A stretch of 64,000 nucleotides of DNA from Oscillospiraceae bacterium (GTDB lineage: Bacteria > Bacillota > Clostridia > Oscillospirales > JAAYXM01): NCBI GenBank assembly GCA_017439555.1, contig JAFSIZ010000186.1, positions 390 through 64,389 on the forward strand, given 5' to 3'. Position 1 is the first letter of the stretch; every line of letters starts with the position of its first letter. The notes under the pieces are model-generated. The model saw only the letters and a list, made by a program, of their open reading frames with translations. It searched no databases and had not been told where the DNA came from. Made by a program: the position numbers and the translations under genes. Of the stretch, positions 18,698 to 30,965 are shown in pieces.

Positions 18698-19819
18698 ATG
18701 CTCATACTTGATGAATACAAGCTCCGCATAAATGCGCTTGACGCACCTGTTGAGGAGCTTCGCGCAGCTCTCGATATCGATGGGATATCCGAGGAGCTTG
18801 CCACGCTTGAAAAGAAGACCGAGGCAGAGGATTTCTGGGGCGACCTTGAAAATTCGCAGGTTGTGCTTAAGCGTATTTCGCGCATAAAGGAAAAGCTTGC
18901 GAAATTCAATAAGTTTGAAAGCGACCTTTCCGATTTGCGCACGCTTTTTGAGCTTGCTGAGGAGGCGGACGATGAGGACACGGCGGCAGAGGTCGGCGAG
19001 CTGCTCGAAGCTCTTGAAAAAGAGCTTGCTGATGCAAGAATAGAGACGCTGCTCTCCGGAGATTATGATGCGAACAACGCAATAATGAGCTTCCAGGCAG
19101 GTGCCGGCGGCACAGAGGCGCAGGACTGGGCTGAAATGCTTTACCGTATGTATACACATTGGGCAGAACGCCACGGTTATACTTATAAAATACTCGATTA
19201 TCTCGATGGCGATGAGGCCGGGCTCAAGAGCGCGAGCATCCTTATCGAGGGTGAAAATGCCTATGGCTACTTAAAGAGCGAGATGGGCGTACACCGTCTT
19301 GTCCGCATATCTCCGTTTGATTCGTCGGGCAGACGTCACACGTCGTTTGCGGCGCTTGAGGTCATGCCTGAGATTACCGATGATGTTGAGGTCGAGGTCA
19401 GGACAGAGGATCTTAAGGTTGACACCTATCGCGCATCGGGTGCCGGCGGACAGCACGTCAACAAGACGGAATCCGCAATCCGCATAACGCATATACCGAC
19501 GGGAATCGTCGTTGCTTGCCAGAACGAGCGAAGCCAGCACCAGAACAGAGAGGTTGCGATGCGTATGCTCAAGAGTAAGCTCATCGAAATCAAAGAGCGC
19601 GAAAACCTCGAAAAGATAGAGGACATAAAGGGCGAACAGAAGCTCATCGAATGGGGAAGCCAGATCCGCTCCTATGTCTTTATGCCATATACCCTTGCCA
19701 AGGACCATCGCACAGGCTTTGAAAACGGAAACATCGGCGCTGTTATGGACGGAGATATCGACGGCTTTATAAATGCATATCTCACGCAGATGGCGTCGCA
19801 GGGAAAAACAGATAAATAA
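18698..19819 (+). CDS. prfB: Peptide chain release factor 2
   Basis: SPF tripeptide (ISPFDSSGRRHTSFA) and GGQ (RASGAGGQHVNKTESA). AAGGAG RBS 8 nt before the ATG at 18698; the ORF track starts at 18641. The reading frame is single and uninterrupted. Confidence 0.9.
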   Translation: MLILDEYKLRINALDAPVEELRAALDIDGISEELATLEKKTEAEDFWGDLENSQVVLKRISRIKEKLAKFNKFESDLSDLRTLFELAEEADDEDTAAEVGELLEALEKELADARIETLLSGDYDANNAIMSFQAGAGGTEAQDWAEMLYRMYTHWAERHGYTYKILDYLDGDEAGLKSASILIEGENAYGYLKSEMGVHRLVRISPFDSSGRRHTSFAALEVMPEITDDVEVEVRTEDLKVDTYRASGAGGQHVNKTESAIRITHIPTGIVVACQNERSQHQNREVAMRMLKSKLIEIKERENLEKIEDIKGEQKLIEWGSQIRSYVFMPYTLAKDHRTGFENGNIGAVMDGDIDGFINAYLTQMASQGKTDK

Positions 19820-19823
19820 AATT

Positions 19824-21524
19824 ATGTATATAAAGAAACTGCAAGGCACCTTCGGGTGCCTTGAAAACAAGACGCTGGAGCTCGCGCCGGGGCTGAATGT
19901 CATAACCGCGCCGAATGAATCCGGGAAATCCACGTGGAGCGCGTTTATCCGCGCAATGCTCTATGGTATATCCACGCGTGAACGTGCAAGGGCAGGGCAT
20001 CTGCCTGACAAAGAGCGATATCGCCCGGGAAGCGGCAGCGCGATGTATGGCAGGATGGAGCTTGTCAGAAACGGTGAGGAGATCGAAATCGAGAGAACGA
20101 GCGAGCGTGACGTTTTTTCGAAATGTGTTGTGAGAAACCTTTCGTCGGGAACTGTTTCCTCTGAGGCAGGTGAGGCGCTTTGCGGCATCAGCCGCAGCGT
20201 TTATGAGCGCACAGCCTTTATCGGGCAGGCCAATATCGGCGTTGGTGCAGACCGCGACATAGAGCGGCTTATCCTGTCTGTTGCGTCGAGCGGTGAAGAA
20301 GGCTTTGCGGCACAGGAGGTGTTTGCGCGCCTTGAAAAGGGAAAGCGGAGCATCCGCTCTCCGCGCGGTATGGGAAGCCTTGCCGATATTGAGCGCGAAA
20401 TAGAGAGCAAAAGAAGCGTCGCGACTTGCCCGGAGCTTGCTCCGATATATGATGAGCTGCGCGCACTTGAGCTTGAAGCGGCAAGGGCTGAGGCGGCCGC
20501 TTCCGGGGCGCGCCTTGAAGAGCTTGCGGCAGAGCGCGACATAATGGGCTTTCCGGCGTTTGAGGGAATGAGTGATTCGCGCGCAAAGGCCGAGGCAGAG
20601 CGCGATATAAAGCGCATCGAAGAGAGAAAGAAAAAGGCGTTTTCATATATTCCGCTTCTGCTTCTCATCCTCGCCTGTGTGTTTACGGCGCTTTCCGTGC
20701 TTTCGGACATCCGTTTCGCAATCGGGGCGGTGGCGTGTGCGGCTTTTGCGTTTGTGGTTTCGGCGGTTGTGTTTGCCTGCCGTGTCCGCGCAAAGAAAAA
20801 GCTCTCGCGTGAGCTTATGCTGCGCTATGGAGCTGATACGGCAGAGGGCATTGCGGAAAGACAGCAGGCATATTCCGAGGCGTTTGCGCGCCTTGAAAAT
20901 GCCGAGAAGAAGACAGAGGCCGCAATGTCGCTTGCGAAGAGGATGAAGCGCGAGCTTGAAAGAAAGCGTGAAGAGCTTATCCCCGTAAAGGCGGCGGCCG
21001 AAGAAAAGCGAAAAGAAGAGACGGAGCGGCTCTGTATCCGCCGCGATGAGCTGATGCTCGAATATGAGGCATATGAGCTTGCTCTGGAAACGATGAACGA
21101 AGCCAATGAGATATTGCGCGGGCGTTTTTCCCCAATGCTTTCACAGCGCACGGGGGAGATATTCCGCGTGCTTACGGGCGGATCCTTTGAGCTTGTGCGT
21201 ATAAAGAATTCTGATTTTGAGATGGATGTTTCAAAGAACAGTGCGGCCTCTCCGCAGAATATGCTGTCGCTCTCGGGCGGCACGCTTGATGAGCTCTATC
21301 TCGCCTTGCGGCTTGCGATGTGCTCTCTTCTGCCTGTCGGTGATATGCCGCCTGTGGTGCTCGATGATGCGTTTGTCAATTTCGATGACAGGCGTCTCCG
21401 GCGCGCGCTCGGGCTTCTCTGTGAAATGGCGAAAGAGCGCCAGATAATTATTTTTTCGTGTCACAGGCGTGAGGCCGAATATCTGGAAGGAAGCGCTGAT
21501 GTGAATATAATAACCGCGCTGTAG
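19824..21524 (+). CDS. AAA/SMC-type ATPase (YhaN/SbcC-like head) with central coiled coil and two TM helices
   Basis: Walker A APNESGKST near the N-terminus. C-terminal LSGGTLDELYLALRLA signature and VVLDDAFVNFD Walker B. The likely start is ATG 19824 just after the prfB stop. Confidence 0.6.
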   Translation: MYIKKLQGTFGCLENKTLELAPGLNVITAPNESGKSTWSAFIRAMLYGISTRERARAGHLPDKERYRPGSGSAMYGRMELVRNGEEIEIERTSERDVFSKCVVRNLSSGTVSSEAGEALCGISRSVYERTAFIGQANIGVGADRDIERLILSVASSGEEGFAAQEVFARLEKGKRSIRSPRGMGSLADIEREIESKRSVATCPELAPIYDELRALELEAARAEAAASGARLEELAAERDIMGFPAFEGMSDSRAKAEAERDIKRIEERKKKAFSYIPLLLLILACVFTALSVLSDIRFAIGAVACAAFAFVVSAVVFACRVRAKKKLSRELMLRYGADTAEGIAERQQAYSEAFARLENAEKKTEAAMSLAKRMKRELERKREELIPVKAAAEEKRKEETERLCIRRDELMLEYEAYELALETMNEANEILRGRFSPMLSQRTGEIFRVLTGGSFELVRIKNSDFEMDVSKNSAASPQNMLSLSGGTLDELYLALRLAMCSLLPVGDMPPVVLDDAFVNFDDRRLRRALGLLCEMAKERQIIIFSCHRREAEYLEGSADVNIITAL

Positions 21525-21680
21525 AGCCGGAGAGGACTTGCGGCATTTTTTCGCAGTAGCTTTCGGACGATGTGGGGATATAAAGAAAATTAAATGCAAA
21601 AGTGCAAAAAACTCTTGCAAAATCTATGAAAGTGTCATAAAATAATTCGGAAAGCTATTTTAATGTCGGAGGCGTAAGCT

Positions 21681-22172
21681 TTGTTCAATATAGTCCTTGT
21701 AGAGCCTGAAATACCTGCAAATACGGGCAATATCTCGCGCACCTGCGCTGTTACGGGGGCGGCACTTCATCTCATAAAGCCGCTCGGGTTTGACATATCA
21801 GACCGCCAGCTCAAGCGCGCAGGGCTCGACTATTGGCAATATCTGAACGTTACGCTGTATGAGAACATTGAAGAGTTTTTTGAGAAGAATGCCGGAGGAA
21901 GATTCTTTTTCTGCACGACAAAGGCGAAAAAGGCGTATACGGATCCTGAATATCGCGAGGGCGATTATTTCATCTTCGGAAAAGAGACGAAAGGCCTTCC
22001 TGAGCCGTTGCTGGCAGAGAATATGGATGCGTGCATCCGCATACCGATGCTCCCGACGTTGCGCAGCCTCAACCTCTCGAATTCCGTTGCAATAGTTACA
22101 TATGAAGCTTTGAGGCAGATCGGGTTTGAGAATATGCAGATGACGGGAAGTCTCCATAATATCGCCGAATAA
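21681..22172 (+). CDS. trmL: tRNA (cytidine/uridine-2'-O-)-methyltransferase, SpoU/TrmL type
   Basis: IVLVEPEIPANTGNISRTCAVTGAALHLIKPLGF...LKRAGLDYW is characteristic of TrmL. TTG start. Confidence 0.78.
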   Translation: MFNIVLVEPEIPANTGNISRTCAVTGAALHLIKPLGFDISDRQLKRAGLDYWQYLNVTLYENIEEFFEKNAGGRFFFCTTKAKKAYTDPEYREGDYFIFGKETKGLPEPLLAENMDACIRIPMLPTLRSLNLSNSVAIVTYEALRQIGFENMQMTGSLHNIAE

Positions 22173-22336
22173 AAGCGTTTTTTAAAAGCGCATATGTGCA
22201 TTTTTTGCAAATTCGGCAAAAAAATATTATGAAAAAGCTCAAATATAGTTAAAATAACAGTGTAATAATGATGTTAGCTGTGTTATAATAATAACATTGA
22301 TGATAATGAAATAATTATAAATGGAGGTCAACATTT

Positions 22337-23527
22337 ATGAACTACAACAAAAAGACAATCGAAGACATAAACCCGCAGGGTAAGCGCGTGCTCGTGCGTT
22401 GTGACTTCAACGTAAAGCAGGACGATGCAGGCAACATCACAGACGACAAGAGAATCGTTGCGGCTCTTCCGACAATCAAATACCTCATCGAGAAGGGCGC
22501 ACGTGTCATCCTTTGCTCGCACCTCGGACGTCCGAAGGGTGAGGTCAACCCGAAGTTTACTCTTGCTCCTGTTGCCAAGCGTCTTTCCGAGCACCTCGGC
22601 ATCGAGGTCAAGATGGCTGCTGATGTCATCGGCGAAAGCGCAAAGTCTCTTGCTGCTTCTCTTGCAGACGGCGAGGTTATGCTTATTGAAAACGTCCGCT
22701 TCCACAAGGAAGAGGAGAAGAACGATCCTGCATTTGCAAAAGAACTTGCTTCTCTTGCAGAGCTCTATGTAAACGATGCTTTCGGCACGGCTCACCGCGC
22801 TCACGCTTCCACTGCAGGCGTTGCAGACTATCTCCCGGCTGTCTGCGGCTATCTCATCGGCAAGGAGATCGGAATCATGGGTGAGGCTCTTTCAAACCCG
22901 AAGCGTCCGTTCGTTGCAATCCTCGGCGGCGCAAAGGTTTCCGATAAGCTCGGCGTTATCAACAACCTCCTCGAAAAGGTTGACACGCTCATCATCGGCG
23001 GCGGTATGGCTTATACATTCGCAAAGGCAAAGGGCGGCACAATCGGAACATCCCTCTGCGAGGATGACCGCCTTGAATATGCTCTTGATATGATCAAGAA
23101 GGCAGAGGAGAAGGGTGTCAACTTCCTCCTCCCGACAGACACTGTTGCTGCGACAGAGTTTGCGGCAGATGCAGAGAGTAAGGTTGTCCCGACACAGGCA
23201 ATCCCCGATGGCTGGATGGGTCTCGATATCGGACCGGAGACAATCGAGAAGTTCTCTGCTGCTATCAAGGGCGCAGGAACAGTTATCTGGAACGGACCGA
23301 TGGGCGTATTTGAGTTCCCGAAGTTTGCTGTCGGAACAGAGTCCGTCTGCGCAGCAGTTGCAGAGAGCGGCTCAATCTCCATCGTCGGCGGCGGCGACTC
23401 TGCTGCAGCTGTCAAGAAGCTCGGATTTGCAAAGAAGATGACACACATCTCAACAGGCGGCGGCGCAAGCCTTGAGTTCCTCGAAGGAATCGCACTCCCG
23501 GGCATTGCTTGCCTTGAGGATAAGTAA
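22337..23527 (+). CDS. pgk: Phosphoglycerate kinase
   Basis: 396 aa. Motifs [19 protein letters not shown] and GGGDSAAA. Confidence 0.95.
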   Translation: MNYNKKTIEDINPQGKRVLVRCDFNVKQDDAGNITDDKRIVAALPTIKYLIEKGARVILCSHLGRPKGEVNPKFTLAPVAKRLSEHLGIEVKMAADVIGESAKSLAASLADGEVMLIENVRFHKEEEKNDPAFAKELASLAELYVNDAFGTAHRAHASTAGVADYLPAVCGYLIGKEIGIMGEALSNPKRPFVAILGGAKVSDKLGVINNLLEKVDTLIIGGGMAYTFAKAKGGTIGTSLCEDDRLEYALDMIKKAEEKGVNFLLPTDTVAATEFAADAESKVVPTQAIPDGWMGLDIGPETIEKFSAAIKGAGTVIWNGPMGVFEFPKFAVGTESVCAAVAESGSISIVGGGDSAAAVKKLGFAKKMTHISTGGGASLEFLEGIALPGIACLEDK

Positions 23528-23636
23528 GAATATAACAGAAGTATGCAGGGGCGGATATTATCCGCCCGCAGAAAATCATTAAATAAGTAAAAGGGGCGAA
23601 ACACCCCGTTTAATATATAAGGAGACATCAGTTAAA

Positions 23637-24407
23637 ATGAACAGAAAATATCGCAAGACAATTATTGCGGGCAACTGGAAGATGAACAAAACGCCCGCTG
23701 AGACAAAGAAGATGTTTGAAGAGCTCAAGGTCGCTTGTGGCAAGCAGAAGTGGTGTGACGTTGTGCTTTGCGTTCCGTTTGTGGATATCCCTGCAGCGGT
23801 AAGAGCAAGCCGCGATGCAAAGATCGCTGTCGCAGCGCAGAATATGCACTATGAGGAAAAGGGCGCATTCACAGGTGAGGTCAGCGCTGAAATGCTCAAG
23901 GAGCTCGGCGTCAAGTTTGTTGTCATCGGTCATAGCGAGCGTCGCGAATACTATGGCGAGACAGACAAGACTGTCAATCTCAAGGTAAAGAAAGCTCTCG
24001 AGGTCGGCCTTCGTCCGATCATCTGCGTTGGCGAAACTCTCGAGCAGAGAGAATTCGATGTAACGGCAGAGCACATCACAATGCAGGTCAAGATTGCGCT
24101 TGCCGGCGTTCCTGCAGAGAAGATGAGGAAGATTGTTTTTGCATATGAGCCCATCTGGGCTATCGGCACAGGTAAGACAGCAACTGCAGAGCAGGCTGAA
24201 GAGGTCTGCGGCCTTATCCGTGCAGTTATCCGCGCAAAATACGGCGCAAGAACAGCCCGTGCAGTAACTATCCAGTATGGCGGCTCGATGAATCCGAAGA
24301 ACGCAGCAGAGCTTCTCTCAAAGCCTGACGTTGACGGCGGTCTCATCGGCGGCGCATCTCTTAAGACGGAGGACTTTGCTGCTGTTATCAATGCAGCAAA
24401 CCAATAA
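23637..24407 (+). CDS. tpiA: Triosephosphate isomerase
   Basis: 256 aa. Motifs AGNWKMN, VIGHSERR, AYEPIWAIGTG and GGASL. Confidence 0.95.
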   Translation: MNRKYRKTIIAGNWKMNKTPAETKKMFEELKVACGKQKWCDVVLCVPFVDIPAAVRASRDAKIAVAAQNMHYEEKGAFTGEVSAEMLKELGVKFVVIGHSERREYYGETDKTVNLKVKKALEVGLRPIICVGETLEQREFDVTAEHITMQVKIALAGVPAEKMRKIVFAYEPIWAIGTGKTATAEQAEEVCGLIRAVIRAKYGARTARAVTIQYGGSMNPKNAAELLSKPDVDGGLIGGASLKTEDFAAVINAANQ

Positions 24408-24412
24408 TTGAT

Positions 24413-27279
<2,867 letters not shown>

Positions 27280-27296
27280 GTTAAGACTTGAATACA

Positions 27297-27328
27297 GAAA
27301 ACCGCAACGGATTCCGTTGCGGTTTTTT
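27297..27328 (+). terminator. Intrinsic terminator of the glycolytic operon
   Basis: aaaaccgcaacgg-attc-cgttgcggtttttt. Confidence 0.85.
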
Positions 27329-27396
27329 ATTTTGAAAGGCAATATAAAATGCGATGAATAACGTCGCTCGGGGATGTCGAAAAAGACTGGAATATG

Positions 27397-27426
27397 TTGA
27401 CAATAGAGAGTTTGATATGATATCAT
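27397..27426 (+). promoter_or_regulatory. Possible promoter of the Ubl-locus operon
   Basis: TTGACA, 18-nt spacer, TATCAT, about 120 nt upstream of the first ORF of the locus. Confidence 0.35.
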
Positions 27427-27547
27427 AAAGAATATGAAAAAAATGTTAACTGATCGGTGTATATGGTCATATAAAAGCGAAAAGTAAGGAAACTGCATCG
27501 GTGTGTTACAAGCCTTCTGAGGATAACGAATAAGGGTGGGATCAGGT

Positions 27548-28432
27548 ATGGATAAACAGAAATTCGCAAGCGATGAAGCTGCGCAGGAGATGACGGATGC
27601 TCAGGAGAGTGCACAGCCGGAAGAAGCTTCGGAAAATCCTGTCACAGAGCCATCGGTTGCGGAAAGCGCAGAGGAAAAGGCAGAGGAAAAGCGTTGCCCG
27701 GTATGTGCCGCGCTTCTTGAGGCCGATGCTGAGTTCTGCACAGAATGCGGCGCAGCTGTAAAACCGAAGTGCAAGGGCTGCGGTGCGACGCTTGAACCGG
27801 GGCAGATGTTCTGCACAGGTTGTGGTATGCAGGTCATACAGCAGGCGCCGCCTGCCGATGCTTCTGCAGTAAGCAGCGGTATAAATGAGTATAACAGCAA
27901 AATCGGCAAAAAGAGCAAGGCGAAGATTATAATACCTGCAATAATTGTTGCAGTGTTGTTGATTTTCGGTGCTGTCGGCGGATATATTGCTCACGTCGAG
28001 CGGATTCATCAGCAGGTGCTTGAGTTTACAGAGGATGTTATGGATTATACGGCGGAAGTAAACTCGGCAACAGTGGTTCTCAAGAACATAAGCGAGGCGT
28101 GGGATATCGTTGATAAAAGCTCCTATCTCTACAGAAGCGAGCTCAGAACCTATGCAAGAAACCTTTATAAGGATAACATCAGCGATGCAAAGGATGTAAA
28201 TGATGGAATCGTCGATAAATATAACGATATTATGAGCTGTGATATCGAAGATCCATATGTCGAGAGGATTCAGGATGCTGTGGAAAAAACTCACGATCTG
28301 TATCTTGTCATTTATGAGGATGTAATTGAGAATGAGTCGGGCGGAAATGAAGATAACGCAGACAAAGTCATTGAGTATATAGCAGACGTAAAAGCTGTTG
28401 TTGATGAAGCAACGCTTGATTATGCAAGTTAA
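27548..28432 (+). CDS. Double zinc-ribbon, TM, extracytoplasmic helical-domain protein
   Basis: CPVCAALL...FCTECG and CKGCGATL...FCTGCG. TM helix IIIPAIIVAVLLIFGAVGGYI. ATG 27548 is preferred over GTG 27536. Confidence 0.6.
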   Translation: MDKQKFASDEAAQEMTDAQESAQPEEASENPVTEPSVAESAEEKAEEKRCPVCAALLEADAEFCTECGAAVKPKCKGCGATLEPGQMFCTGCGMQVIQQAPPADASAVSSGINEYNSKIGKKSKAKIIIPAIIVAVLLIFGAVGGYIAHVERIHQQVLEFTEDVMDYTAEVNSATVVLKNISEAWDIVDKSSYLYRSELRTYARNLYKDNISDAKDVNDGIVDKYNDIMSCDIEDPYVERIQDAVEKTHDLYLVIYEDVIENESGGNEDNADKVIEYIADVKAVVDEATLDYAS

Positions 28433-28450
28433 TAAAAGGGGGAAATAAAA

Positions 28451-29242
28451 ATGGACAACAAGTTATTACAGGAAATTGAAGCTTCTTTGAAAAACAGTGC
28501 AGCGCCTGCGGAGCCTGTAGCACCTGCAGAGCCCGTAGCACCTGCAGAGCCCGCAGCACCTGCAGAACCCATAGCACCTGCGGAACCCGTAGCACCTGCG
28601 ACACCGGTCAAGAGATGCCCGAAGTGTCAGGCTGTTATCGAAGAGGGACAGATATTCTGTGCAGAATGCGGAGAAGCCCTCGTGAAGAGATGTGCTCAGT
28701 GTGGGGCAGAGCTTGCGGAAGCTCAGGCATTTTGCGCACAGTGCGGCACGCGTGTCGCAGCAGCGCCCGTTGCGCCCAACCCTGTCTATAGCGCTCCTGC
28801 CGGAAATGCTCCGTTTGCAACGGATTCTGTTCCGAAGCCGCAGGGCGTGGACAAAAAGCTCCTTCCGCTGATAGCGATAGGCGTCTGTGCTGTTATTGTT
28901 GTAGTTATACTTGCAAAGACCCTCTTTGCAGGGCCTGCGGATTTTGAAACCCTTTATGCTGACAGATACGGCGCAGAGTCGTGGTGCGAAATCTCGTCTG
29001 ACGGCTCCTGGATGGAGATTGATACAAACCCGAATGACATTGATGACTATTACAGCTCATCTGCGCTCGATGCTGTTGAAACCGTCAACGAGGAGCTCGG
29101 TTTCTCGAGCTCGGTATATGAGAAGATGATGGAGACAAGGGCTCTTGACGGAAGACAGTATGATGAATGCGAAGACTATGAAATCAGCTGGTCCTACCAT
29201 CCGAACAGAGGTATGGACGTTATGTATGAGCTCAAAGATTAA
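28451..29242 (+). CDS. PAEPxA-repeat, double zinc-ribbon, TM, extracytoplasmic-domain protein
   Basis: (A/V)APAEP repeated 6 times. CPKCQAVI...FCAECG and CAQCGAEL...FCAQCG. TM helix LLPLIAIGVCAVIVVVILA. Confidence 0.6.
   Translation: MDNKLLQEIEASLKNSAAPAEPVAPAEPVAPAEPAAPAEPIAPAEPVAPATPVKRCPKCQAVIEEGQIFCAECGEALVKRCAQCGAELAEAQAFCAQCGTRVAAAPVAPNPVYSAPAGNAPFATDSVPKPQGVDKKLLPLIAIGVCAVIVVVILAKTLFAGPADFETLYADRYGAESWCEISSDGSWMEIDTNPNDIDDYYSSSALDAVETVNEELGFSSSVYEKMMETRALDGRQYDECEDYEISWSYHPNRGMDVMYELKD
28502..28606 (+). repeat. Coding tandem repeat, 18 bp x about 6 (APAEPV)
   Basis: Units of gcacctgcagagcccgta with synonymous or near-synonymous variation. Confidence 0.85.
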
Positions 29243-29260
29243 TGATTGGAGGAAATAGAA

Positions 29261-29887
29261 ATGACAATTAAAAGAATTGCTGCATTTATTCTCGCACTTG
29301 TTATGGTATTTACGCTTACGGGCTGCAAAAGCTCTGATTACAAGAAGGCTATGGCTCTCTTTGATGAAGGAAACTTCTCTGAGGCACAAGCGGCTTTTGA
29401 AGCTCTCGGAGATTATAAGGACAGTCTGAGCTATGCGGAAAATATCGGTTGGTATGCAGTGCGTGCACACATTCTTGAAAACGGCAAAATAGAATATGAA
29501 GCGACGGAAACTCTTATGCTCGAAATCGATATGATGGGCGATGATGTTATCGTAATCAGGGAATATATGGATGAAGATATTATGAAGTTCAATATTCAGG
29601 CGGAGCTCTCTCTTGGGGAAACGGTCGTTCCTTATAAGGCTGATATAGAGCTGATCATCGAAGGTGCAAGCGGAAAAGAAGCAGGAGTCGGAAAGCTTGA
29701 TATAGCGTCCTATAAAGAAGGCGATTCGATCAAGTGGGACAACTCGACCTGCTCACCGTATGAAGATCTTATAATTCTCAAGGATTTCTCAGGCCCGACA
29801 AAGACCTTTGTCGAAAATACAAAAAAGGCCATCGAGGCGGCCGGAATCAACATCACAATGGCAGAATTCGGATTTGAAAGCTATTGA
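29261..29887 (+). CDS. Lipoprotein; paralogue of the extracytoplasmic part of the Ubl-fusion ORF
   Basis: Signal peptide with lipobox FTLTGC. Blocks shared with 29920: F(E/D)xGN/EY..A...FE.LGDYKDS and the C-terminal ITMAEFGFESY versus ITLADFGFVSFE. GGAGG RBS before ATG 29261. Confidence 0.65.
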   Translation: MTIKRIAAFILALVMVFTLTGCKSSDYKKAMALFDEGNFSEAQAAFEALGDYKDSLSYAENIGWYAVRAHILENGKIEYEATETLMLEIDMMGDDVIVIREYMDEDIMKFNIQAELSLGETVVPYKADIELIIEGASGKEAGVGKLDIASYKEGDSIKWDNSTCSPYEDLIILKDFSGPTKTFVENTKKAIEAAGINITMAEFGFESY

Positions 29888-29919
29888 TAAAAAATTATAT
29901 GTTAAGGAGAATATGAAAA

Positions 29920-30936
29920 ATGGGAAAAGTAAGTGTAATTATCGTTGATGCAACAGGAAACAAGGAACAGAAGGTCGGCCTTCCGGACGATATCAAAATC
30001 GGAATCATTATGGTCAAGCTCGTCGAGAAGATAAAGCTTCCGTCCACAGGACCTGACGGCAACCCGATAAGCTATAAGTTTATCCACAAGGTCTCGGGGC
30101 GCCAGCTTCTCGAAACACAGACTCTTGCTGATGCAGGAATCAAGGACGGCGATGTTCTCAGACTTCAGCCTGAGATAACCGCTGGTGCAATCGGCAGAGC
30201 GCGAGGTGCGGTTTCGCGTTTTTTTAAGAAGGCCGCAGCTCTTGCGATTGCAGGTGTTATGCTGATTTCGCTCTGCGGCTGTGATATGCTCGATTATGGC
30301 AAAGCAAAAAAGCTCTATGAAAAGGGCGAATATAAAGAGGCTGTGACGATCTTTGAGAATCTCGGCGATTATAAGGACAGCGCAGACTATCTCAAAAAAG
30401 CGCGAGTCGAATGGTTCAAGGAATATGCCGAGGAAAACGGCGATGAAATAGGAGACGACAAGCGCATTACAAAAAGCTATAAAGGTGACAAAAACGACAC
30501 TTATATAGTTGCAATGGGTTCTGAGGGCGATATGATAGAGTTTGTAATTTTTGTCGACAAGGATCTTGAATTTGTTGAGTTTACCGACTTTATAAAGATA
30601 CACTTCAAGCCCGGCGCTTCGGAGGCAGACTTTACATATGACAGCACAATGACGATTGATTATAAAAATATTTCTGCAGAAAGCGAGAGTACCACGACGG
30701 GGGTTATCGATATTGCAAACTACACAAACTCCACAGTTGTAGAAGCGCTTACGTATGAGTATGAAGGCGTTGATGTCTCCGGCAATAAATCCAGTGAGAG
30801 CGGCGCTGAAAACGCAAAGATGACCGACTTCAACGACATCTACATAGATAATCTCTTTAACGGCTGTAAGGAAATTCTTGCAGAAACAGGTATGGGAATA
30901 ACTCTTGCTGATTTCGGCTTCGTTTCCTTCGAATAA
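29920..30936 (+). CDS. Ubiquitin-like (beta-grasp) domain fused to a TM/lipoprotein-signal-like segment and an extracytoplasmic domain
   Basis: Residues 1-89 end in QTLADAGIKDGDVLRLQPEITAG, a ubiquitin-like C-terminal strand with a terminal Gly. A basic stretch and ALAIAGVMLISLCGC follow, then a domain paralogous to the 29261 lipoprotein. AAGGAGA RBS. Confidence 0.65.
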   Translation: MGKVSVIIVDATGNKEQKVGLPDDIKIGIIMVKLVEKIKLPSTGPDGNPISYKFIHKVSGRQLLETQTLADAGIKDGDVLRLQPEITAGAIGRARGAVSRFFKKAAALAIAGVMLISLCGCDMLDYGKAKKLYEKGEYKEAVTIFENLGDYKDSADYLKKARVEWFKEYAEENGDEIGDDKRITKSYKGDKNDTYIVAMGSEGDMIEFVIFVDKDLEFVEFTDFIKIHFKPGASEADFTYDSTMTIDYKNISAESESTTTGVIDIANYTNSTVVEALTYEYEGVDVSGNKSSESGAENAKMTDFNDIYIDNLFNGCKEILAETGMGITLADFGFVSFE

Positions 30937-30965
30937 AACGTTTCTGCTTCGGAAGGTGATGAAGA

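Noticed and set aside
18641-19819. Programmed +1 frameshift in prfB, and the extended N-terminus in the ORF track
   Set aside because: I looked for the usual early in-frame UGA with a CUU UGA C context. The RF2 reading frame is continuous from the N-terminal region, so there is no frameshift here. The extra 19 codons in the track precede the ATG with the good RBS (18698) and are probably untranslated.
22173-22336. Absence of gap/cggR upstream of pgk
   Set aside because: It differs from the Bacillus-type operon, but gene order varies widely among Firmicutes and gap may simply lie elsewhere. This is not evidence of anything unusual.
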